This document shows, one piece after another, positions 1-8,840 of a stretch of 64,000 bases of DNA. Source of the DNA: Gammaproteobacteria bacterium (GTDB lineage Bacteria; Pseudomonadota; Gammaproteobacteria; Steroidobacterales; JABDKV01). The position numbers and the translations under genes were made by a program. The notes below the pieces were generated by a model, which worked only from the letters and a program-made list of their open reading frames with translations, did no database searches and was not told the DNA's origin. The stretch lies in assembly GCA_029862165.1 (NCBI GenBank), contig JAOTXU010000006.1, forward strand, positions 69,960 through 133,959, read 5' to 3'. Each line of letters starts with the position of its first letter. Position 1 is the stretch's first letter.

Positions 1-323
1 CCTGCAGCCTGGTAGGTCTCCCAGGCAATTTGGGCATCGCCGGATAATTTGGCCGGATCAACCAGTGCTGCAACGGTTACGTTCATGCCCTTGGACCGTG
101 CAACACGTGCCAGCACATAACCATCGCCAGCGTTGTTCCCGGCACCACAAAGCACGAGCAAACTGCGCGATCTGGGCCAGCGGCGACGCAACACTCTGAA
201 CGCGGCCTCGCCGGCGCGATACATTAGCGTATAGCCGGGGATGCCCAATTCCTCGATTGCCAGCCTATCGAGTTCTCGGACCTGGGCGGCGCGGTATATT
301 GTTACGGGCAGATTCTTACTCAT
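1..323 (-). CDS. nnr: NAD(P)HX epimerase/dehydratase (YjeF/Nnr), N-terminal part, runs off the window start
   Basis: Manual translation from ATG at 323: MSKNLPVTIYRAAQVRELDRLAIEELGIPGYTLMYRAGEAA...VLCGAGNNAGDGYVLAR. GxGNNxGDG is the YjeF_N motif; divergent from queG as in E. coli. Not in the ORF track. Confidence 0.9.
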   Translation of the reverse strand, partial: MSKNLPVTIYRAAQVRELDRLAIEELGIPGYTLMYRAGEAAFRVLRRRWPRSRSLLVLCGAGNNAGDGYVLARVARSKGMNVTVAALVDPAKLSGDAQIAWETYQAA

Positions 324-357
324 GAGCGGCCATTATAGTCGCGGATTCGAGGAGGCA

Positions 358-1422
358 ATGTCGGAAAAACTGGACAACTTGGCAACCCTTCCGGATCAGA
401 TCCGGGAGTGGGCGCGGGATCTGGGGTTCCAGCAAACCGGCATCAGCGGTGTTGATCTGTCCGCAGACGAGCAGGCACTCGAGCAATGGCTTGCGCTAGG
501 TTATCAGGGCGAGATGTCCTACATGGACCGGCATGGGAGGCGTCGCAGCCGGCCGGCTGAATTGAGACCCGGCACACTTAGCGTCATTACCGTCAGAATG
601 GACTACTTCCCGCCAGCGGCCGCCGACGCCGAATCCATACTCAACGAGCCGACCCGTGCTTATGTATCGCGCTATGCGACGGGCCGCGACTACCACAAGG
701 TGTTACGCAACAGGCTCCAGAAACTCGCCAGTCGTATCAGCGCCGAAACCGGTGAGTTTGGTTACCGGGTTTTTGTCGACAGCGGTCCTGTATTGGAAAA
801 GCCACTGGCCCGCAATGCGGGCTTAGGCTGGATCGGAAAACACACCAACTTAATCAATCGCACCGCAGGTTCATATTTTTTTCTCGGCGAGCTATTAACG
901 GATTTACCACTACCACCCGATACACCCGCCACTGAGCATTGCGGCAGTTGCTGCGCGTGCATCGACATCTGCCCGACTAACGCCATAGTCGGGCCGTTCA
1001 AACTCGACGCGCGACGTTGTGTGTCCTATCTGACTATAGAATTACGCGGTTCTATTCCGGAGTCGCTGCGTCCGGGCATAGGCAACCGGATATTTGGCTG
1101 CGATGACTGTCAACTGGTGTGCCCGTGGAACAAGTTTGCTCAGCCGACCGACGAGGCAGATTTTTCGCCCCGACACGGTTTGGACGACATCGCACTAACA
1201 GAGTTATTCGCCTGGAGCGAAGCCGAGTTTCTCGATCGCACCGCCGGTAGTCCGATACGTCGTATCGGCTACGAGTGCTGGCTGCGCAACATTGCCGTTG
1301 CCTTGGGAAACGCGCCCGGTGACGCCGACATTGTGGCAGCACTACGCACCAGAGCGGCACACCCGTCCGCATTGGTGCGCGAACATGTCGCCTGGGCCCT
1401 CGACCGCCACGGGTCCGGGTAG
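358..1422 (+). CDS. queG: Epoxyqueuosine reductase
   Basis: YARGRDYH-like motif (YATGRDYHKVL), VDSGPVLEK, GLGWIGKH, two Fe-S Cys clusters (CGSCCACIDICPT; FGCDDCQLVCPWN). Start moved to ATG 358 after SD GGAGG. Confidence 0.95.
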   Translation: MSEKLDNLATLPDQIREWARDLGFQQTGISGVDLSADEQALEQWLALGYQGEMSYMDRHGRRRSRPAELRPGTLSVITVRMDYFPPAAADAESILNEPTRAYVSRYATGRDYHKVLRNRLQKLASRISAETGEFGYRVFVDSGPVLEKPLARNAGLGWIGKHTNLINRTAGSYFFLGELLTDLPLPPDTPATEHCGSCCACIDICPTNAIVGPFKLDARRCVSYLTIELRGSIPESLRPGIGNRIFGCDDCQLVCPWNKFAQPTDEADFSPRHGLDDIALTELFAWSEAEFLDRTAGSPIRRIGYECWLRNIAVALGNAPGDADIVAALRTRAAHPSALVREHVAWALDRHGSG

Positions 1423-1514
1423 ACCGCCTCTGCCCCTATTTGGGGCCAAAACATCCCGTATTGCCGCCAAAATGAGACCTGAGTCTTTGGCCCGCAACCC
1501 TAAACTTAACCATA

Positions 1515-2426
1515 ATGCGGGTCTGTATGCCGAATTCTGGAATTGAAATATTTGAGGCGGTCAAAAGCCGTCACTTGGCGCCATTCGATGGTTCGTTGCG
1601 TGTTGCGTCGAATCCGACCGTGCCGCCTGACGATTATTCGCTCGGCAAGAAGGCAGCGAAGGAAGAGCTGGCGTCATGCGTGGCCCAACTGCGTGAACAG
1701 CAACGCATGCTGTACGCGGACAACAAGTGGGCAGTATTACTCGTCTTTCAGGCGATGGACGCCGCGGGTAAAGACGGCACAATCCGTCACGTAATGTCCG
1801 GTATCAACCCCGCCGGCTGCCAAGTCTTCTCTTTTAAACAGCCCTCGACGGAGGAGCTCGAGCACGACTTCCTCTGGCGCACGTCGAAAAAACTGCCGGA
1901 ACGAGGCCGCGTCGGCGTGTTCAACCGAAGTCACTACGAAGAAGTACTTGTCGTTCGGGTACACCCTGAATACCTGAAGTCGCAAAATTTGCCGCACATC
2001 CCTGACCTGAATCACCTGTGGGCGGAACGTCTTGCGTCTATTGAACAGCACGAGCGTCACCTGGCTCGCAACGGTACGGTCGTGCTCAAATTCTGGCTCA
2101 ATGTCTCCCGGGAAGAACAACGTCGCCGATTTCTTTCGCGTCTGGAGGAACCGGACAAGAACTGGAAGTTTTCGACCTCTGACGTGCGTGAGCGCGGACA
2201 CTGGGACGAGTACATGGCCGCCTATGAGGAGGCAATCAATACAACTTCCAAACCGTGGGCGCCCTGGTACGCCATTCCCGCCGACGATAAACGCTACATG
2301 AGACTAGCTGTCGCGAGAATCGTGCTGGCCAGTATCGAGACGCTCAATCTGGGGTATCCGGAAGTTGATAATAAAACGCGTGATCGGTTTGCAGAAATGC
2401 GCCAGTTGCTCGAGGACGAACAGTGA
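1515..2426 (+). CDS. ppk2: Polyphosphate kinase 2, class III-type
   Basis: Walker A QAMDAAGKDGTI; Walker B FNRSHYE, where E is the class III signature; lid NWKFSTSDVRER. Exact start uncertain. Confidence 0.9.
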   Translation: MRVCMPNSGIEIFEAVKSRHLAPFDGSLRVASNPTVPPDDYSLGKKAAKEELASCVAQLREQQRMLYADNKWAVLLVFQAMDAAGKDGTIRHVMSGINPAGCQVFSFKQPSTEELEHDFLWRTSKKLPERGRVGVFNRSHYEEVLVVRVHPEYLKSQNLPHIPDLNHLWAERLASIEQHERHLARNGTVVLKFWLNVSREEQRRRFLSRLEEPDKNWKFSTSDVRERGHWDEYMAAYEEAINTTSKPWAPWYAIPADDKRYMRLAVARIVLASIETLNLGYPEVDNKTRDRFAEMRQLLEDEQ

Positions 2427-3409
2427 AAGACAGCGTGACCTCGGACACACAGTCTATGCGGCAACCGTATTATGCGGATTCCCGTTTCGCAGCGTTGCGG
2501 CTGCTACGTGGCGTCAGCCCAGAATCAATTGAGCTGCACTTGGAAGATTCTGAGCAGCTCAGCCTCGAGGCCGGTGATCTGCTACTGGCGCCCGACACAC
2601 CCAACATCAACGTCTACGCGATTCTAAGTGGCAGCCTGACCGTGCATCTGATCAGCGAACACGAGCCCCCGCTGATAAGCTTGAAGCAGGGATCGTGTGC
2701 CGGTGAGATGTCCATTATCGAAGACAGCGCACCATCGGCGTGGGTCAAGGCCGCCGAAAAAACCCAATTGCTGGTGCTCGATCAGGAAACTGTCTGGGAG
2801 ATGATAAACACCTCCCATTCGTTTGCCCGAAACCTTTTATCCATACTATCCGAACGGCTGCGCGCCGATAACGAGTTGATTGCGGACAGTGAAGGCGTAC
2901 TACGGCAGTATGAACGCAATGCGATGACCGACGCCCTCACTGATTTGTTTAACCGTCACTGGCTGGAGGACATGTTTCGGCGCAAGCTGCAACGTTGCGA
3001 GATCGATGGTGAAGATGCCTGTATGGTGATGCTCGACGTTGACTTCTTCAAGAAATTTAACGACGCACACGGTCACATAGCCGGCGACCATGCGCTGTGT
3101 ACGGTTGCCGATGCCTTGCGTCAATATTTCCGGCCTACAGATATGATCGCCCGTTATGGCGGTGACGAATTCGCCGTACTGTTACCCGATACACTAATGG
3201 ACCAGGCATTGGAAATTGCTGAACGGGTACGTGCCGCCGTCGGTGGCAATCCCGGCGAACGCACCGGACCCGATGACGGCGCCGGCATAACCGTGTCGAT
3301 AGGTGTTGCCGAGCGCAAAGCATCCGACACGCTCGAATCTTTGATCAACAATGCCGATGCTGCGCTCTATCGTGCGAAGCTTGCCGGTCGCAACTGCGTC
3401 GCACACTAA
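2423..3409 (+). CDS. Diguanylate cyclase with N-terminal cNMP-binding-like domain
   Basis: N-terminal Crp-like fold (GEMSIIED...SAWVKA); D-x-LT-x-LFNR, D-VDFFKKFND, RPTD I-site, intact GGDEF. GTGA overlap with ppk2. Confidence 0.9.
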   Translation: MKDSVTSDTQSMRQPYYADSRFAALRLLRGVSPESIELHLEDSEQLSLEAGDLLLAPDTPNINVYAILSGSLTVHLISEHEPPLISLKQGSCAGEMSIIEDSAPSAWVKAAEKTQLLVLDQETVWEMINTSHSFARNLLSILSERLRADNELIADSEGVLRQYERNAMTDALTDLFNRHWLEDMFRRKLQRCEIDGEDACMVMLDVDFFKKFNDAHGHIAGDHALCTVADALRQYFRPTDMIARYGGDEFAVLLPDTLMDQALEIAERVRAAVGGNPGERTGPDDGAGITVSIGVAERKASDTLESLINNADAALYRAKLAGRNCVAH

Positions 3410-4296
3410 GAACTTAACGCGCGATCAGACCGGCTGCTTTGCGACAGCGCTTCCAACTCCAGGCGTATGTTGTCAATTAACCGGGCCCGTCCCAGGATTG
3501 CTGCGGCCAATACCACAACTGAACGTGTTCCTGTGACCGGATCATGCAGCGTATCCGCATCACGCACTTCAACGTAATCCGGTTTGAATCCCGCGCCAAC
3601 CAGGCGCTTGGCGCCCTCATTGCACAATCGTTGATAATCATGATCGCCATTGCGTATTTGCTCCGCAATGTCTGACAGCGTGGCATAGAGCTGTGGCGCT
3701 TTGTCCCTTTCGGTGCCTTCCAGATAGCGGTTGCGCGAACTCATCGCAAGTCCATCGGCTTCGCGCATCGTCGATACGCCTTGAATCTGCACTGGCAGAT
3801 TCAGATCTTGCACAATGCGCCGAATCACGACCAGTTGCTGAAAGTCCTTTTCGCCAAATACTGCAATGTTGGGTTGAATAATATTCAGCAACTTCGTCAC
3901 GACTGTTGCCATGCCATCGAAATGCCCGGCACGATGCGCCCCACACAGCACGCCGCCCAGCGCACCTACTGTCACCCGAGTCGATGATTCCCCGTCCGGA
4001 TATATCTCTTCGGTGGTGGGCGCAAAAAGCAAATCACACTGGACCGATTCCAGCGCAGCACGATCTGCATCCAACGTACGCGGATAAGCTGCAAAATCTT
4101 CTGTCGGCCCAAACTGCAGCGGGTTCACAAAAATGCTGGCGACGACTCTGTCTGATTGAGAACTGGCAGCACGGGCCAGGCTCAAATGCCCCTCGTGCAA
4201 ATTCCCCATGGTCGCAACCAGCCCAACCCGGGCACCGTCGGCGCGCCACTGCCTGATCTGAGCCCGCGCAGATGCGATCGTGTACTCGGTGATCAA
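3406..4296 (-). CDS. panC: Pantoate--beta-alanine ligase
   Basis: TMGNLHEGH, FVNPLQF, GHFDGM, FGEKD, LAMSSRN, RLIDN. Start placed at TTG 4296, just after the panB stop. Confidence 0.95.
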   Translation of the reverse strand: MITEYTIASARAQIRQWRADGARVGLVATMGNLHEGHLSLARAASSQSDRVVASIFVNPLQFGPTEDFAAYPRTLDADRAALESVQCDLLFAPTTEEIYPDGESSTRVTVGALGGVLCGAHRAGHFDGMATVVTKLLNIIQPNIAVFGEKDFQQLVVIRRIVQDLNLPVQIQGVSTMREADGLAMSSRNRYLEGTERDKAPQLYATLSDIAEQIRNGDHDYQRLCNEGAKRLVGAGFKPDYVEVRDADTLHDPVTGTRSVVVLAAAILGRARLIDNIRLELEALSQSSRSDRALSS

Positions 4297-4300
4297 GGCT

Positions 4301-5143
4301 CTACTCGAAGCAATGTTCCGGCGCAGGATAGCTACGGTCTTTAACTGCGGCAACGTAACGATTGACTGCTTCCGCACAGTTGGCCGCGCCTTCCATGTAA
4401 TTCTGAACGAATCGCGGCGTTCGCCCCAGTGTAATGTCAAGTATGTCGTACAACACCAAAATCTGCCCGTCAGTAGACGGCCCTGCACCGATGCCGATTA
4501 CGGGCACTTCGACTGCCTCCGTGATCTGCCGACCGAGTTCGGTGGGAATGCATTCAAGCAAAACAATATCCGCGCCGGCATCTTCAAGTGCACGCGCCTC
4601 CTCGATCATACTGTTAGCGGCGTTGCTGTCCCTGCCCTGTACACGAAAGCCACCGATCTTGTGTACCGACTGCGGCGTCAGTCCAATATGCGCGCATATT
4701 GGAATGTCGTTTGAGGCCAGTGCGCGAACGACGTTCAACTGATTCACACCGCCTTCCAGCTTGACCATTTTGGCGCCGCCTTCCTGCATCAATCGCGCCG
4801 CATTGCTCAAAGCCTGATCGCGTGTTGCATAACTCATGAATGGCATGTCTGTAATCAGAAACGGGCGGTACAGCCCACGTGCTACAGCACGCGAGTGATA
4901 CACGATGTCATCCATAGTGACTGGCACAGTCGTGCTATGTCCCTGAATCACCATCCCAAGTGAATCGCCAACCAGCACTACATCGACGCCAGCATTGTCG
5001 ACCAGTGCCGCAAAACTGGCATCGTATGCCGTAATGCAACTGATCGGCTCACGCTCAACCTTCATTTTCTGTAACGTGGTCAAGGTTACGGGCGGGGTTT
5101 CCCGCGCACGATTTTCCAAGTGTTTGTACATCGATCGACTCAT
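4301..5143 (-). CDS. panB: 3-methyl-2-oxobutanoate hydroxymethyltransferase
   Basis: TAYD, LVGDSLGM, DMPF, VKLEGG, HIGLTPQ, IGIGAG. Confidence 0.97.
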   Translation of the reverse strand: MSRSMYKHLENRARETPPVTLTTLQKMKVEREPISCITAYDASFAALVDNAGVDVVLVGDSLGMVIQGHSTTVPVTMDDIVYHSRAVARGLYRPFLITDMPFMSYATRDQALSNAARLMQEGGAKMVKLEGGVNQLNVVRALASNDIPICAHIGLTPQSVHKIGGFRVQGRDSNAANSMIEEARALEDAGADIVLLECIPTELGRQITEAVEVPVIGIGAGPSTDGQILVLYDILDITLGRTPRFVQNYMEGAANCAEAVNRYVAAVKDRSYPAPEHCFE

Positions 5144-5148
5144 CGTAT

Positions 5149-5802
5149 TCAGTTCAATTCAATAGGGCCAGGGTTAAAGAAATGACGCCCGGGACGCAGG
5201 CCACGCAGCTGGTCGAGTAGTGTCGCATAGCCGGAATCAGTATTGACCAAATCGATCTGTGCGGTATTAACAATCAGCACCGAACTTCTGTTGTAGTGAT
5301 GAAAAAAACGCGCGTATGCTTCACTCACCCGTTCCATGTATTCGCGGGTTATACCCTGTTCATAAGCGATGCCACGCATCGCGATCCTTTTTAGTAATAC
5401 GTCTGCCGGCGCCTGCAAATAAACCACCAGATCGGGGACCGGCGCATCAATTGCGAGTTTTTCATAAACAAGATCGTAAAGCGCCAGCTCATCGTCGCCC
5501 AGATTGATCTGTGCAAACAACCGGTCTTTTTCCAGCAAGAAATCGGTTACTCGCACCGGCTCAAACATATCAGCCTGACGCATAGCTTGATATTGTCTCG
5601 CACGTTGAAAAATAAAATAGAGCTGCGTTGGCAACGCGTATCGTCTTGGGTCACGATAGAAGCGTTCAAGAAAAGGATTGTCCTGTGGCCCTTCCAAGAC
5701 CAACTCCGCCTCGAAACTGTCCGCCAGACGGCTGGCCAGTGTGGTTTTGCCCACACCGATCGGGCCTTCCACGGCGATGTATTTTGGCTGCCAGGTACTC
5801 AC
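5149..5802 (-). CDS. Deoxynucleoside kinase family protein
   Basis: AVEGPIGVGKTT P-loop, NPFLERFY, PDLVVYLQA. Start placed at GTG 5802. The folK-dNK-panB order is typical. Confidence 0.9.
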   Translation of the reverse strand: MSTWQPKYIAVEGPIGVGKTTLASRLADSFEAELVLEGPQDNPFLERFYRDPRRYALPTQLYFIFQRARQYQAMRQADMFEPVRVTDFLLEKDRLFAQINLGDDELALYDLVYEKLAIDAPVPDLVVYLQAPADVLLKRIAMRGIAYEQGITREYMERVSEAYARFFHHYNRSSVLIVNTAQIDLVNTDSGYATLLDQLRGLRPGRHFFNPGPIELN

Positions 5803-5815
5803 AATTCTCCCCGTC

Positions 5816-6310
5816 TCAAAGCCGTCGCAGCTCTGAGCAGTCAACGCTATACAATAAGTCGGCAATCCGCCGGCCATCCGGCAGCCGCAAAGTCGGCGCC
5901 AGATCAGCCAATGGCTGCAATACGAACGCACGCTCGGCAAGCCCCGGATGAGGCAGTGTCAGCGCACGTCCTTCCCGTACGTTATCACCGTGGAGCAAGA
6001 GGTCCAGATCGATGCGTCTGGGACCCCATTTACGGCCGGTCCCGCCACGGCCTAGTGCCCGCTCGACATCCAAAAGTGCGCTGAACAAAGCCGCTGGCTC
6101 CAACTGTGTCAACAGCGCCGCCACAGCGTTAACATAATCCGGCTGGTCCTGCGGCCCCATCGGCGGGCCCTGATAAAGCGGCGAAGTAGCAACACAGCAC
6201 GTGTCCTCAATAGAGCCCAATGCCACAAGTGCTGCTTCCACCTGGGCCCGCGGACCATCGAGATTGCTGCCAACTGCGATAAAGGCGGGGCTCCAGATCC
6301 TATCCGGCAT
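5816..6310 (-). CDS. folK: 2-amino-4-hydroxy-6-hydroxymethyldihydropteridine diphosphokinase
   Basis: GSNL, QPDYVNAV, KWGPRRIDLDLL, LPHP, RAFVLQPL. Start ATG 6310. Confidence 0.95.
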   Translation of the reverse strand: MPDRIWSPAFIAVGSNLDGPRAQVEAALVALGSIEDTCCVATSPLYQGPPMGPQDQPDYVNAVAALLTQLEPAALFSALLDVERALGRGGTGRKWGPRRIDLDLLLHGDNVREGRALTLPHPGLAERAFVLQPLADLAPTLRLPDGRRIADLLYSVDCSELRRL

Positions 6311-7604
6311 CGGGTACCTGGTCCGGACCGGGGCGGCGTTGACGCGGACCTCGACGACGACGACGGCGCGGACCGGCGCCTGGGCTGACATTCACCGCGA
6401 TGGCTTGCTGCTCAGGACTCATGGTTTGTATGTCAGTCCAGAAGGTAGCCAACTCCGGATCCTCCTCGCCGGCCTTCACACGCAACAACATCAAATCATA
6501 GGCTGCACGAAAACGGGGGTGCTCCAGTAACGCCAGCGCCCGCTTTCCCGAACGCTTGGCAAAACGAGTTTGCAAACACACAATTTCGCGCATCGGCGCG
6601 CCGAGACGCCGTGGTATCGACACGTGGGCCTGTTGCTCGCCCAGAATTTCGTCCGTCGCCCGATGCAACCAAAACACGGCGCCATGATTATTGTTGCGAA
6701 TTGCCGCAACGCGCTGCGTGATCGGGCCCCAAAGAAAAACCGCAAACAGAAAAACCGGTGTCACCGGCTTGTTTACTGCGCAACGTGCGTCGGTGTTTTC
6801 CAAAGCCAGGTTAAGCAACTGCCGGAAACTCGCAGCGCCGGACAATTGCGCGCAATCTACGGTCGCCGGAAACAGATATTGCAACAACTCATGACGACTC
6901 AGCAGGTCGAATGACGACTGTGCATGTCCGGTCAGAAATAGCTTGAGTATTTCGTCGAAGAGTCGTGCCGGCGGCACGTCGGCAATGATTGGCGCCAGCT
7001 CAGTCAATGGTCGCTTGGTGTCGGCATGCAGGTTGAACCCGAGTTTTGCGCTGAATCTCACGGCGCGTAGCATTCGCACAGGATCTTCACGATAACGTGC
7101 CTCGGCGTCGCCTATCATTCTCAGCACGCCGGATTCGATGTCTTTTATGCCGCCGGTGTAATCCCAAATACTGAAATCTGCGATGTTGTAGTACAAAGCA
7201 TTGGCAGTGAAATCGCGCCGCCACACATCGTGTTCTATTGCGCCGTAAATGTTGTCTCTTAGAATGCGGCCAGCCGCATCGGTCTCGATACCGTCAGTGC
7301 TGTCCCCGCGAAAGGTTGCAACTTCTATAATTTCCCGGCCAAAGTGCACATGTGCCAAACGGAAACGTCGCCCGATAAGACGACAGTTACGAAACAGCTC
7401 GCGGATATCTTCCGGCCGGGCATCGGTTGCGACATCGAAGTCCTTGGGTTCATGTCCGACCAGCAGGTCACGCACCGCACCGCCAACCAGAAAAGCCTGG
7501 TAACCCGCCCGATGCAGCCGATTGAGTACTTTCAGGGCATTGTCGGAGATGTTGGCGCGCGAAACCGGGTGCGCTGACCGTGCGATGATTTGAGGCGCTT
7601 TCAG
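6300..7604 (-). CDS. pcnB: Poly(A) polymerase I
   Basis: VGGAVRD, KDFDVAT, PAP I signature RLIGRRFRLAHV, RRDFTANAL, EDPVRMLRA, Arg-rich C-terminus. Start uncertain; the longest ORF extends to 7706. Confidence 0.93.
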   Translation of the reverse strand: MKAPQIIARSAHPVSRANISDNALKVLNRLHRAGYQAFLVGGAVRDLLVGHEPKDFDVATDARPEDIRELFRNCRLIGRRFRLAHVHFGREIIEVATFRGDSTDGIETDAAGRILRDNIYGAIEHDVWRRDFTANALYYNIADFSIWDYTGGIKDIESGVLRMIGDAEARYREDPVRMLRAVRFSAKLGFNLHADTKRPLTELAPIIADVPPARLFDEILKLFLTGHAQSSFDLLSRHELLQYLFPATVDCAQLSGAASFRQLLNLALENTDARCAVNKPVTPVFLFAVFLWGPITQRVAAIRNNNHGAVFWLHRATDEILGEQQAHVSIPRRLGAPMREIVCLQTRFAKRSGKRALALLEHPRFRAAYDLMLLRVKAGEEDPELATFWTDIQTMSPEQQAIAVNVSPGAGPRRRRRRGPRQRRPGPDQVPDAG

Positions 7605-7711
7605 ATTGCCCTCGGTTTGCTGATTCAATGCGGATCTGGTCGTTGCCAGCCTAAAACGCCCGTATGATAGCATCCCCGCCACGTGGCACCATTGAATCTC
7701 GGCCAAGGCAA

Positions 7712-7786
7712 GCTCCCTTCGTCTAGCGGTTAGGACACCGCCCTCTCAAGGCGGGAACACGGGTTCGAGTCCCGTAGGGAGCGCCA
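7712..7786 (+). tRNA. tRNA-Glu (anticodon CTC)
   Basis: GCTCCCT...AGGGAGC acceptor stem, discriminator G and encoded CCA; D-loop CTAGCGGTTAGG; anticodon stem CCGCC/GGCGG with loop CTCTCAA; T-loop GGTTCGAGTCC. Confidence 0.95.
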
Positions 7787-7852
7787 ATGAATCCGAACTG
7801 GTGGCCCGGTTCGTACTCAAAAGCTATACAGCCGAACAACGCGATAATAAAT

Positions 7853-8839
7853 ATGTTTCTCCGGATCATGCTGCTTTTTCTCATTACGATGGCGTTCGGC
7901 GCGCAAGCCGCCGACATGAGCTGGCAGTCCCGGAAAACTGCCGACTTGGTAGCTGAGGCCCGCACGTTGCTAGACCTCGGAAAAGTAACCCGGGCAACTG
8001 AAAAACAATTGGAACAAATTGTTTTGACCCTAGGGTCGCGAGCTCCATCGCCAGACGCGCGCGGCCTGGTGGAACAACTATCACAACGAGAACCACAAAT
8101 TCTGGTTGCGCACGAAGAAGGCAATACGATGATTCCGTTTGTCGATGTTGGCGCGGCTGCCCGCGTGACACAACGTAGGTGGACGCGTGCGGCAGCGCGT
8201 ACGAACGCTCTTCGTGCGATCCGGGCTGGCGACCCACAATTTTTGCAGAATTATTTTTCGGCTGATGCCGCAGGCCAGGCGGGTGCAATTGATGCCGTCG
8301 GTGAGCTGCAGGTGCAATACCTGGTGTTCTATCGCGATCAAATCATAGATCGCATCGAAGAACCGGGTGCGGACAAACTCGCCGCAGCCGCTGCGGCAGC
8401 ACTTGCAGACATCGCGTTGTACGAGAGTGTATTGACCACCGGTACACCCGCGATCGCGCTGGCAGCGATCAGAGAACTGGAACAAACTGTCGGGGCCGAT
8501 GCCGCTCTAAGGCTTTTGAAATTGGCTTTGCGCCGACCAGACATCGCTTCAGCAAGTCTCTACGAAGTTGGCAGACTCAGCGCAACACTCCCCGTCGCAA
8601 AAAACCTGTTGTGGACATCCCTGTCGGATCCCGGTCTGGGCAGCAGCGCTGCAGCGGTGCTGGCCCGACATGCCGACCGCAACACGGTAAACCGGCTTGC
8701 GACGCTGCTAGATAGCACCGAAAACCTGGTGCAAAAACGCGCGTTGCTGGCATTGCGGCTGAGCGGCGATGCAAGAGCGAAGCAAATCGCGAGAGATTGG
8801 CTCGCACAGTCACGTCCCGATAACGAGTCGGACCGCTGA
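7853..8839 (+). CDS. Secreted Ala/Leu-rich alpha-helical (HEAT-like) protein of unknown function
   Basis: Sec signal MFLRIMLLFLITMAFGAQA; amphipathic helical repeats in the C-terminal half. No family recognised. Confidence 0.75.
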   Translation: MFLRIMLLFLITMAFGAQAADMSWQSRKTADLVAEARTLLDLGKVTRATEKQLEQIVLTLGSRAPSPDARGLVEQLSQREPQILVAHEEGNTMIPFVDVGAAARVTQRRWTRAAARTNALRAIRAGDPQFLQNYFSADAAGQAGAIDAVGELQVQYLVFYRDQIIDRIEEPGADKLAAAAAAALADIALYESVLTTGTPAIALAAIRELEQTVGADAALRLLKLALRRPDIASASLYEVGRLSATLPVAKNLLWTSLSDPGLGSSAAAVLARHADRNTVNRLATLLDSTENLVQKRALLALRLSGDARAKQIARDWLAQSRPDNESDR

Positions 8840-8840
8840 C

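Noticed and set aside
7723-8124. 133 aa minus-strand ORF
   Set aside because: Its end (GAPYGTRTRVPALRGRCPNR) is the antisense reading of the tRNA; it is a shadow ORF.
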